From: Octopus bimaculoides
Taxonomy: Eukaryota
Reading direction: 5' to 3'
NCBI RefSeq assembly: GCF_001194135.2
Contig: NC_068994.1
Location: 23,442,858-23,479,230, forward strand
DNA length: 36,373 nucleotides
The position numbers and the translations under genes are program-made. Position 1 is the stretch's first letter. The number at the start of each line of letters is the position of its first letter. This document shows positions 13,433-24,680 of this stretch, piece after piece. A model generated the notes under the pieces. It made no database searches, was not told the DNA's origin, and was given only the letters and a program-made list of their open reading frames with translations.

Positions 13433-13640
13433 AAGGAGATACAATTTGCCAATAGTCAATGAAATTGCATCAGTTTCAAAATCAGTTCCATTTTCACGGC
13501 GATGTGCTTCTTGAATTCTGTCTTGGTTTCTGATGGCAGCAGATCTTTCAGCTGAGTGTCGTGCTCTTATACGCCTCTGTCTTTCTCTCGCTAAACGACA
13601 TTTCTTTTCAGTTGTGTTCTCCATTACTGAAACCAACCTA
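13433..13640 (-). mobile_element. Probable Helitron ORF extreme N-terminus (charged R/E-rich segment), opposite orientation
   Basis: ENTTEKKCRLARERQRRIRARHSAERSAAIRNQDRIQEAHRRE resembles the R/E-rich N-termini of animal Helitron RepHel proteins; it abuts the + strand fragment. Confidence 0.45.
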
Positions 13641-13831
13641 AACTCACAAAAGCCTTAAAGCCACAAAAAACAGTCCGTGACTTATAGCTGATGTTGTAAA
13701 AACTCCCTATTCAAAATTTATTACATAGATTTCTTAATGTAAATAAATTAAGCACATGTATGAACTGCTAAATGTGTATTTATGATAAACTTTTCAACTG
13801 CAGTCGTTTTATATTCTTGATACACTCAGGC

Positions 13832-14131
13832 AATAATTATTTTCTCTAATGAGTTTGTATATGTCTATGTTTGTGTAGATGTGTGTGATTGTAATAATTA
13901 TTTGTAACACAACAGATAGAATACGGATGGTAATTCAAATTAATACACTTCTCAATGTTATCTAGTGGTTGTATTTTGAGATGTGACATCGATCATCGTT
14001 AATTACTGAAAGAACGCTGGTTTGTTTATGTGTAGTTACTGAAAGAAAGCTGGGTAAAAATAATTATTACATAAACACACATCTACACAAACATACACAT
14101 AAACAGTCTCATTAGAGAAAATATAATTATT
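13832..14131. repeat. Foldback/MITE-like element with about 72-bp inverted arms
   Basis: 13832-13903 is the approximate reverse complement of 14058-14131 (AATAATTATTTTCTCTAATGAG..TGTTTGTGTAGATGTGTG..GTAATAATTATTT). Confidence 0.75.
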
Positions 14132-14387
14132 ACATGCACACCCATATGTATGTGTGAGTATGTGTGTGAGTATTATTGTGTGTGTGTGTGTGCGTGTGCG
14201 TGTGCGCATATGTATACATTTATATGTATTTGTAGCACAGTCAGTAGTGAACGCAGTTTTCTAAAGTGTCTGTTTAAATATGTATGTGTAAATGTGCGTC
14301 TGTGATTCTATTTTCTATGTACCTCTCTAAATAAACATACACAAATACATATACACTCATTCAAATATTATATATAATTTATTCTAT

Positions 14388-14790
14388 TCTTTTATTCCTT
14401 TACTTGTTTCAGTCTTTTGACTGTGGCCATGCTGGAGCACCACCTTTAGTCGAGCAAATCGACCTCAGGACTTATTTTTTGTAAGCCTAATACTTATTCT
14501 ATCCGTCCGTTTTGCCGAACCGCTAAGTTATGGGGACGTAAACATACCAGCATCGGTTAAGCGATGTTGGGGGGACAAACACAGGCACACAAACATATAC
14601 ACACACATACACATACATATATACGACGGGCTTCCTTCAGTTTCCGTCTACCAAATCCACTCACAAGGCTTTGGTCAGCCCGAGGCTATAGTAGAAGACA
14701 CCTGCCGAAGGTACCACGCAGTGGGACTGAACCCGGAATCATGTGGCTGGTAAGCGAGCTACTTACCACACTGCCACTCCTACGCCTATA
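14388..14790 (-). mobile_element. tRNA-derived SINE family A, full-length
   Basis: Reverse complement has the same head, internal microsatellite and tail as 29682-30222. Confidence 0.9.
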
Positions 14791-14808
14791 AAAGAAATTG
14801 CTTATCAC

Positions 14809-14883
14809 TACCCCTGCGGGGAATCGAAACCCGGTCTCCCACGTGACAGGGGGGGGGGTTACTTACCACTATACTACCGAGAA
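14809..14883 (-). pseudogene. tRNA-Asp(GTC) pseudogene
   Basis: Minus strand reads TTCTCGGTAGTATAGTGGTAAGTAA-C10-TGTCACGTGGGAGACCGGGTTTCGATTCCCCGCAGGGGTA, closely matching the eukaryotic tRNA-Asp consensus (A box, GTC anticodon, TTCGA T-loop). The acceptor stem is mispaired and the anticodon stem carries a C-run expansion (75 nt versus 72). Confidence 0.85.
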
Positions 14884-15087
14884 ACACACGCATATATATA
14901 TACGCACACAAACATTCAAATACCTCCCTTTTACACACCCACACATACACACATATATTCACACAGAGTTGAAGTGCTGATTGATTTTTTTTTACTGTAG
15001 AATTTTCACCATCCCACTTCCATCGGTGGATATATGAATATATTTTACACAAACACATACACAGGTACACACGCATGCACACATACG

Positions 15088-15126
<39 letters not shown>

Positions 15127-15244
15127 TTACATAACCGTAACAACCAATGTGTGTAGCCATTTCGCTATACATATACACACACAGACGCCGTTCAATTTGT
15201 CATCATCCCTTCCTTCGTCAGTCATCTCTTGTGACGGACACAAG

Positions 15245-15460
15245 AGAATTATATATTCTTTTCTACGCTAGGCACAAGGCCCGAAATTTTTGGGGAGGGG
15301 GCCAGTCGATTAGATCGACTCCGGTACGCAACTGGTACTTAATTTATCGACCCCGAAAGGATGAAAGGCAATGTCGACCTCGGAGGAATTTGAGCTCAGA
15401 ACGAAAAGACAGACGAAATGCCGCTAACTATTTCGTCCGGCGTGCTCGCCGCTTTACGAT
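15245..15460 (-). mobile_element. SINE family B
   Basis: Reverse complement similar to 33298-33480. Confidence 0.8.
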
Positions 15461-17149
15461 AGGACCGATTGTGACATACATGTCTTGGGTATCTGGTAGA
15501 GGTCATCACTCTTTTGGCCCAACTACAGCCGATTCCTTCAGCAGAGAGAGAGAGAGAGAGAGANNNNNNNNNNNNNNNNNNNNNNNNNNNNNNNNNNNNN
15601 NNNNNNNNNNNNNNNNNNNNNNNNNNNNNNNNNNNNNNNNNNNNNNNNNNNNNNNNNNNNNNNNNNNNNNNNNNNNNNNNNNNNNNNNNNNNNNNNNNNN
15701 NNNNNNNNNNNNNNNNNNNNNNNNNNNNNNNNNNNNNNNNNNNNNNNNNNNNNNNNNNNNNNNNNNNNNNNNNNNNNNNNNNNNNNNNNNNNNNNNNNNN
15801 NNNNNNNNNNNNNNNNNNNNNNNNNNNNNNNNNNNNNNNNNNNNNNNNNNNNNNNNNNNNNNNNNNNNNNNNNNNNNNNNNNNNNNNNNNNNNNNNNNNN
15901 NNNNNNNNNNNNNNNNNNNNNNNNNNNNNNNNNNNNNNNNNNNNNNNNNNNNNNNNNNNNNNNNNNNNNNNNNNNNNNNNNNNNNNNNNNNNNNNNNNNN
16001 NNNNNNNNNNNNNNNNNNNNNNNNNNNNNNNNNNNNNNNNNNNNNNNNNNNNNNNNNNNNNNNNNNNNNNNNNNNNNNNNNNNNNNNNNNNNNNNNNNNN
16101 NNNNNNNNNNNNNNNNNNNNNNNNNNNNNNNNNNNNNNNNNNNNNNNNNNNNNNNNNNNNNNNNNNNNNNNNNNNNNNNNNNNNNNNNNNNNNNNNNNNN
16201 NNNNNNNNNNNNNNNNNNNNNNNNNNNNNNNNNNNNNNNNNNNNNNNNNNNNNNNNNNNNNNNNNNNNNNNNNNNNNNNNNNNNNNNNNNNNNNNNNNNN
16301 NNNNNNNNNNNNNNNNNNNNNNNNNNNNNNNNNNNNNNNNNNNNNNNNNNNNNNNNNNNNNNNNNNNNNNNNNNNNNNNNNNNNNNNNNNNNNNNNNNNN
16401 NNNNNNNNNNNNNNNNNNNNNNNNNNNNNNNNNNNNNNNNNNNNNNNNNNNNNNNNNNNNNNNNNNNNNNNNNNNNNNNNNNNNNNNNNNNNNNNNNTAT
16501 ATTTAAACGTTTTTAGCGGGCGAGCTAGCGAGAAGTAATTTCATCAACAAAATATGCACGAAAGCGTTCAGTGGAATTGTTTGTGAGAATCGAGAAAATA
16601 TGAACATTTGACCATTCAAAGAACGTTAGCCAACGAAGTCTTGACACATCACAACAGTATTAAATATTTTATGTTGTGAGTAATAGAATCCCTAGAGTAG
16701 GGATTAGTAACATTTTTAGGATAGGTTTTGCGTGGCTTCACTTTTCCTCTCAGCCCTCTCAGTACCTGTAATAGAATGAGGTCAAGTTAATCATTGGCCA
16801 CTGACCAATGGACAGAACACCAACAAAGTGACACGACCCTTTGGTTACATTTCAAGAATATCATACATACCAACCTACAAACATAACTGGATAATATCCC
16901 TTACGTAAAGAGGATGTCTAAAATCTAATCATAGATGTACTAATGAGATGCTCCAAACAAATTAACTTCAAAAGTGCAGGCTTGCTAAAATGATTACAAC
17001 ATGGCAGTAAAACTGATCTAAAGACCATTATAAGATCAATCGGAAAGCCAATGCAAATAGAATGTGTGTGAAGAAGTTATTCATATCGTGAAGCAGTTTG
17101 TTATCGGTAAAGATATAATCTATTTAATCGAGATAAATATATACTTCTT

Positions 17150-17484
17150 AGCTTTAGGTCCGTCACGAACCTTCGGGTTGATTAGGCCGGAACTTATCCC
17201 GGTCTCCATGGCATATATTTAACCGAGATTACCTAAAAGGCATAGCATTCCGTTATCTCTTTTATGACAATGCATTCATTAAAGAGTTCATTTAAAATAG
17301 ACAAGAAGCCAGCCTGTCACAAGTCTGGTCCGTAGCTGTCATTTATTTTCAACTGAGTGGACTGGAACAACTTAAGGTCAATGCTTTTGTTCAAGAACAT
17401 GACGTGCTGCTCTTTCCGGAAATGGAAACTATGACCTCGCGATTAGGATTCCAACACCCCAACAACTACGTCATGCACCTTCAC
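17150..17484 (-). mobile_element. SINE family C, diverged copy
   Basis: Head GTGAAGGTGCATGACGTAGTTGTTGGGTGTTGGAATCC..GGTCATAGTTTCCATTTCCG plus ..TTCTTGAACAAAAGCATTG, similar to 8480-8637. Confidence 0.6.
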
Positions 17485-17642
17485 TTCAATAGAAACTAAT
17501 TATCGTTTTCTCCACAGCTAAACAGGAAGTTGATCTAGACGGAATTTGAACTCTACTGTATAATTCACAGCTTTTTTCGTATAAAAAACATTACACACGC
17601 GCGCGCGCACGCACAAACATGTATGTATGTATAAATGTGTGA

Positions 17643-17676
17643 AGAGAGAGAGAAGAAGAGAGAGAGGAGAGAGAGG

Positions 17677-17718
<42 letters not shown>

Positions 17719-17724
17719 AGAGAG
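17643..17724. repeat. Interrupted (GA)n microsatellite
   Basis: Direct reading. Confidence 0.95.
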
Positions 17725-18202
17725 GAACAACTTCCGGGTCATCTCTACTAAATGTCACCACTCTGTTCGAAGAATCAACACCATAGAGCAACGAGTCCGC
17801 AACTAGCTTTTTTGTTGTTGACACATATGTTGTTTCAAAATGCTTTATCTTACAACTATGAGATGTATTTTTATTGTCTTGATTTTATCTTACTATAATC
17901 AACAACAAACACATTTCGCCAATATAAAAGTCTTTATTTGATAAAAAAAATAACATAATCAAAACATGAAAGTAAAGCAAAACAAATAGTGGCTTATACA
18001 CCGGAAAATACGGTAGTTGTAGTGGCAGTGACTAGTTCGCTCGCTGGTTGTTTGTTGATAGTGTAGAAGGGTGGGAAAGAGTAAGGAATGTACGGTGCTG
18101 ACTAGAAAAGCAGAAAGGATAAAGATGACATCGTCTTCACTCGCCGTACGGATAGAACAGAGTGGTGACATTTAGTAAAGATTGCCCGAAAGTTATTCCT
18201 CT
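17721..18202. repeat. Inverted repeat pair, 48-bp arms
   Basis: 17721-17768 versus the reverse complement of 18155-18202: 43/48 identical by hand alignment, including a 23-bp perfect core. Confidence 0.8.
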
Positions 18203-21200
18203 TTGATTACTATCGCAAATACAGTAGCTTTCTTCAACCGAATACACGTCGTTGATTGGTTGAAATTACCCCAATATGACAACTTTAACACGAAATAACT
18301 TCTAAAGTATGAAATTTTGCCCAGAACGTTCAGTGTAGACTGTGTTCTACGTGAGAAATTCTACCAGCATTCGAAGTTTCAAAGTGTTTAGTTAAAAAAA
18401 AAAAATAATTAAAAAAATCTGTGATTGAGATGGAATAGATCAAAAAAAAAAAAAAAAGACAAATGGAAGAATGAGCGATTGAAACGATTTATTACTGGAA
18501 AGGTAATGATGGATTTGCAGTGGGTTTGAAGCACAAACATCATGTGAGAAACAACTGACAATATCTGAAACACCATAATACTTAAGAGAAGAGAATGGAA
18601 TAAACGAAATGTTATATCATAATACTGTAAATAAGATATCAGATGGTAGGCCATAATATTGTAGACTGAGAACAAATATCTAACCATTGAAAGCCGATAT
18701 TAACTGCAAGGTTTTAGCTGATGTAAATGTATAGTACAAAGAAAAGAAAATAATAAAAAAGAAAGCAGCAGAACATATTGTGTATATTCGTTTGAATTGA
18801 TTTCTATTTTTATATCACCTAAACGTTTCTAACCTACATGATTATCACTTGGATGTATGCGCATACAATCAGGAAGCAAATTTAGCATTCTCTTAAACGC
18901 TTGATGAAAAATAAATCACATAATGACAATAAATTTAATCAGGGAGATAATAATTGTAAACATTCCTCGAGAATTTATATCAAGTCATGATTTACTAATC
19001 ACATGATGCATTTAAAAGGTAAGAAGAAAAGGAATGCTTTCATTCTCATTATAATTTCTATTTGTGTAATTAACGTGAAAATTGCCATTGATAAAAGTTA
19101 ACTTTGTTTGCACGGGAAAATTCTTTTATTTGTTCGATTTGATTAGTTTTAAAGTTCGCTCCAATTCATGCAGTGTTGAATACCTGACTCGCGAACATTT
19201 CAGTAGAAAACTATTAATATGTGTTAATAAGAAGACTTGCAGATCTTCCTTCTTTTGGCATAATCGGAAACCATGGTCACTGTTTGAACTACGTATTGAT
19301 TCAATATAAAAAAAAATGTAAAGGGGAGAATATGAATGTATTTTATGATATTCTTAACCAATAAAATCTGTTCATTACAAATTAATTCTTTAATGAATGC
19401 AATGTCATAGAAAGATAATTCATTGCCATGCTTTTAGATGGTGAAATTATTTTTTTAATGTTTGCTTTAGTTTCCATGGTAGCATTGCATTTATGATAAA
19501 ACAACACTGAAAAAGAGGGAAAAAATTTCTACTCTCACCTATGATGAGTAATTTAAGAATATATAACTTTCATGGAATTTTAACAAGCTGCAGTGGTTTC
19601 GGCAATGATCTCAGACGAGTTGTCAAGTCCTCTATGAATTCTATTACATTACGACTACTTCAGAACATCTAGAGACAGCATTGTAAGGCGAAAGTATTTT
19701 ATGCAGGTTCTAAGAATATTCAGTGAACTGATAAGAGAGAGGAGAAAAGGAGAACAATATAAATGGCTTCTAGACAGAAAGTAGCATAGCTTTCGCAAGT
19801 TTAGAGAAGTGTAAACCAACAGTACTCGACTCAAAAAAGCCTAAGAAAACACAGTATCGTAATAACATTTTTGGATTGATACTTATGCTGTTGGGCACTT
19901 CTTTGGTATTAATTCTACACAGCCTACATCAATTCTTATCTATTTTGTTATCAGGTATTTCGTTAGTGCTATCTATTATAAAAAGCTAGGTTAACTATGT
20001 TACTCTCACACTGAAGCTTTCCAACAACATAGCTATGTGTGACTTACTACAAATTAGCAGAAAGATTTTCATTTGATGTTCATTGTAGCAGAGTCTTGTA
20101 AATTCCCTGTCTGAGTATTCCTGGTCATTCTTTAGAGAATATTTTCTACCGAACATATTTCTTATTTTCATGACGCTAGTTATTTCGTGTATGTAGCTTT
20201 AACGGAAGGATGCACTTCGATGCTTGATGGTTAGTAAATATTATCGAAGGGATGTGATGCAATAATCAAAGGTTGTTTGAATCGGTGTTATACCTCAACT
20301 ACCTTGTAGAGACGGTCAGTGTGTTTATTGTTGTGTAGAAAATATGGTAGGAACAGTTTCGTTTTAACATCAGTCTCATCCAGCATCCAAAATGTTAGTA
20401 AAAGTGCTGATACGGTAAGCACATAGTGGGTCCCTGATTTATAGAAAGCTCTTAGAACCCAAATTTTTATCCAGTTATTATATTTTTTGGATATATTTTC
20501 ATATAGTTACCTTCTACCCCTCATCAATGTAAGAAGAAAGACCATATTTTATACGTATCTTGAAAAGCTATCTGGTAATGTTTTTGTCTTCCAGTAAGTC
20601 AATTATGTATTCGTCAGATTTCCCTATCAAAAAGGACATTCTCTTTAAATATAAACAGTAGAAACTGTCTCCTAGAAGTATACTTTGTCCTATCAGTGAC
20701 AGTTCAATCGACGAGATACTAGCATCTATAAATCTGGATCAGAATTAAATGCCAGGTAAACTGAAAACAAATTTCTATGCCATCGCTGTTCATATATCAC
20801 AGTTTTTGTTGACTATGAATTGCTTAATTCATCACTTAACTCCTTTCATAAAGGAGTTTGGATGCTGTAATGAGTAACTTATGAAACTGTTACCACAGTG
20901 ATCCTGGTGGAATTGGTTCAGACATTAGAAATTCTGACATGCTAACAACCCTGTCTTTTTTTAATCTTTTTTTTTTCAATATTTCTTACAATTCCAACCA
21001 CCTTGGTATATTTGTATGTTGAGAACTGGTAAAGGACTACAGGATATCTACGATAGAAGCTCAGTTTCTATGTACCAGTAGCAGACAATGAAATATCTTC
21101 TTAGTGCTTTCTTGTTATTTGTTCTTCAGCTAATCTCTTCTGATCCCAGAGTTTCTTACTGGCAGTTCTTAACCCCTATTCAAGAGTGATGAAGTTATAC

Positions 21201-21899
21201 TGAAGTGTTGTGTTCCTAACATTTCTAAACACTACTGTCTTGTTTTCAACTTTTTGTTTTAATGAGAATCAGAGTTGCTTATTTATTTGCTTGTGATATA
21301 AATATTGCCACATATTTGATAGTCGCCTGGCAATCAACGACCTATTCCAAAACCATTGATAGTATATCTGATTCATTTGTCTTATTTAACTTCTTATCGT
21401 CGAGATATTGCTTAGAGGTTGTGGAGAGCGAGTACAAACACGTGTTTATTTGTTAGAATAAAGGGACGTTACTCAAGCTTTGTATATATATCATTAATCA
21501 GCGTCATCATCAACCTAACAAGTTTTTTTTATTCCCTTTAATCAAATATATTCTGTCTTGTAGTGTGAGTTTTAAAAAAGAAACATTTCAAGTGCCTACA
21601 TTCTTCGCACCTTCAGTTAATTACACTAATCCTGGTTGCTGCTATAATCAATGAGTAGTAAATGCGGAAGTGACCCTTACTTCGAGATAACATAGTAGCA
21701 GTAGAAGACAGACACGTCGTCATAAATTAGAAATGTGTTTTCTATGAATATATTCACTTCTGGTATTCATGCACTCTGTGTCAATAGTATTTGAGATAGT
21801 ATTTATCAGAAATTCAGGCGTGCGACTTTACTGACCTAATTTTGCATTCGACGTAGTAAACTACTAGACTAAACGCAATGTGAACTAATCTTGAGTGAA

Positions 21900-22750
21900 T
21901 TAGTGGAACAAATAGAGGAGTTATTAACATTGTATATGAAAGACCTTCCATTGAGTCCTTCCAACCAGAAAAGGTATTCCAGCTAGAAGAAAAACAAAAG
22001 AACTCTAATTGTGAAGAGGTAAAGTCTATTTAGACTAATACTCCTGCTTGGTCGTCAAATGGTAGAGCCATCGTAGCGCTACAAGTTACCATGAGCATTG
22101 AAAGAATTAAATAAGTTACAATTGGGAGTCAAGCAAAAAGGCGTAGGTCACGCAAGAATTGTTCTCTTGTATACAAACAATTTAAGCTTCTGTGTCGAGA
22201 ATGATTTACTGCCCATAATCTTCTCTTGAATAACGCTCTTGGGAACTCCCCAAATCTTGACTTTCGAGCAAGGCTTAAAATAAATAGGTTTTCCATCGCT
22301 CCAAGCACATCTAAATTGTAGCCGGTGGACCAGGGTTTGACAATAATTTTATTACTTGCGGGAATGCTTTAAAGTGGTCACTGTGTTTTCACTCTGAACC
22401 ACTGACTGATAGCAAATACGATCGTTCGTTTGACTAGTGTTTTAAAATGCCGTTTACTATTATGTCATTTGAAAGGGATACTACAAACTGATTAAATGCA
22501 GAATAGAATGATGTTTTAGACAGGCCAAGGAACGACTTTGAAGAATTTACTCAGGTAGAGGAGAGCGTTGTAGTCTTAAATAAAGTAAATAAAGTTTCAA
22601 AGTTGATTGGATAGGATGCGGTTACAGAAGATGACATTTTGGAATTAATTGTAAACAGGAAAGGAGATGAAAAAAGCCTTTCTACTGAAGATTTGAGAGG
22701 TTTGGCAAAACACCGTAATCGAATAAGAGCGACAGAGTAAACGGAAACAA
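21900..22750 (+). mobile_element. pogo/Tigger-like DDE transposase fossil
   Basis: Frameshifted motifs in the correct order: FQPEKVF, WSSNGRA, CRE*..LLLNNALG, APSTSKL*PVDQGL, DFEEF..DAVTEDDILELI..LSTEDL. Confidence 0.6.
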
Positions 22751-22796
22751 ATCCGAGTGTGTTGTAAAACAATAAAAAGATGAAGTTTTTAAATCT

Positions 22797-23166
22797 ATAG
22801 GCACAAACGTGACTATATAATAAGACGTTTGCTTCCCAACTACATGACTCCGGATTCAGTCTTACTGTATGGAATCTTGGGCAAGTGTCTTCTACTATAG
22901 CCCCCGATCAACCAAAATCTTGTGAATGTATTTGATAGACGGAAACTGAAAGAAGCCCGTCGTATACATATGTGTGAGTGTTGGTGTGATTGTGTGTTTT
23001 TCTACTCTCCCATCACTTGACAACTGGTTTTGGCGTGCTTGCGTCCCGTAACTTAGCGATTCGGTAAAATATATCGCTAAAATAAATATACTGGCGTCGA
23101 TTCGTTCGACTTATATTCTTTAAGGCAGTGCCCAAGCATGAGACACTGAAACAAGTAAAAGAAAAA
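22797..23166 (+). mobile_element. SINE family A, older diverged copy
   Basis: ATAGGCAC..GGGCAAGTGTCTTCTACTATAG..GGAAACTGAAAGAAGCCCGTCG..CTGAAACAAGTAAAAG. Confidence 0.8.
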
Positions 23167-23748
23167 CGATGAAAAGACAAAACTATTTCCTACTAATTCT
23201 GATACTTTTAGAAATACAGCGAAATGTACCATGACTGAAGGGGAAATGGTTTTGTAGACATATTTCAAAGAAACTTATGAAATTGTTAAGGATTGAAAAA
23301 AACCCCCACATATTTTAGGCAGGTATAACGATGCTCAGCCTGGTCCGTAATCAAAGATATCATTTAAAGTGTTATGAGATAAGCTGCGTCCAACGCCGTT
23401 GCTGAACGTGATCAATACAGTGATGTGAAAATTGTATCATCGATTTCGGTTCCAAATCCTTCTTTAGACTATTTGTTGTCGTTATACATACATACATACA
23501 TACATACATACATACATACATACATTCATATGTATATGTATATACTAGAAGAAGCGAAACAATGGACCGCCTGGAAATGCTAACCAAAATTCCCACAGAT
23601 CACTTAACTTCTTATAAAAGGAAGGAGCACATTGTGCAATGCAATCATAGTTATACAAAAAGATGGAAGCATTAAATGGATTGATTCTGCTTCGATTTGG
23701 TTTCCACTGCTTCTTTTAGGAATGCCTCATATCCCGACACCTTGTATA

Positions 23749-24050
23749 TTCTTTTATTCTTTTACTTGCTTCAGTCATTTGACTGCGGCCATGCTGGAGC
23801 ACAACATTAAAAGGTTTTTAGTCGAACAAATAAACCTCAAGACTTATTTTTTAAAGCTTAGTACTTATTTTATCGGTGTCTTTTAACGAACCGCTGTTAC
23901 GGCAAAGTAAACACAACAGTACTGGTTGTCAAGCGGTGATGCGTGAGAAGACAAACACGGACACAAACACCTCCCCCCACGCACACACACACTATTCACG
24001 ATAGGCTTCTTTCAGTTTCTCTCTATCAAATCTACTCACAAGGCTTTGGT
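23749..24050 (-). mobile_element. SINE family A (head lost in gap)
   Basis: TTTACTTGCTTCAGTCATTTGACTGCGGCCATGCTGGAGCAC..CTTCTTTCAGTTTC..CACAAGGCTTTGGT. Confidence 0.8.
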
Positions 24051-24638
24051 NNNNNNNNNNNNNNNNNNNNNNNNNNNNNNNNNNNNNNNNNNNNNNNNNN
24101 NNNNNNNNNNNNNNNNNNNNNNNNNNNNNNNNNNNNNNNNNNNNNNNNNNNNNNNNNNNNNNNNNNNNNNNNNNNNNNNNNNNNNNNNNNNNNNNNNNNN
24201 NNNNNNNNNNNNNNNNNNNNNNNNNNNNNNNNNNNNNNNNNNNNNNNNNNNNNNNNNNNNNNNNNNNNNNNNNNNNNNNNNNNNNNNNNNNNNNNNNNNN
24301 NNNNNNNNNNNNNNNNNNNNNNNNNNNNNNNNNNNNNNNNNNNNNNNNNNNNNNNNNNNNNNNNNNNNNNNNNNNNNNNNNNNNNNNNNNNNNNNNNNNN
24401 NNNNNNNNNNNNNNNNNNNNNNNNNNNNNNNNNNNNNNNNNNNNNNNNNNNNNNNNNNNNNNNNNNNNNNNNNNNNNNNNNNNNNNNNNNNNNNNNNNNN
24501 NNNNNNNNNNNNNNNNNNNNNNNNNNNNNNNNNNNNNNNNNNNNNNNNNNNNNNNNNNNNNNNNNNNNNNNNNNNNNNNNNNNNNNNNNNNNNNNNNNNN
24601 NNNNNNNNNNNNNNNNNNNNNNNNNNNNNNNNNNNNNN

Positions 24639-24680
<42 letters not shown>

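Noticed and set aside
16800-17060. Possible LINE APE endonuclease fossil (KHNWIIS-like motif)
   Set aside because: Too short and degenerate to support.
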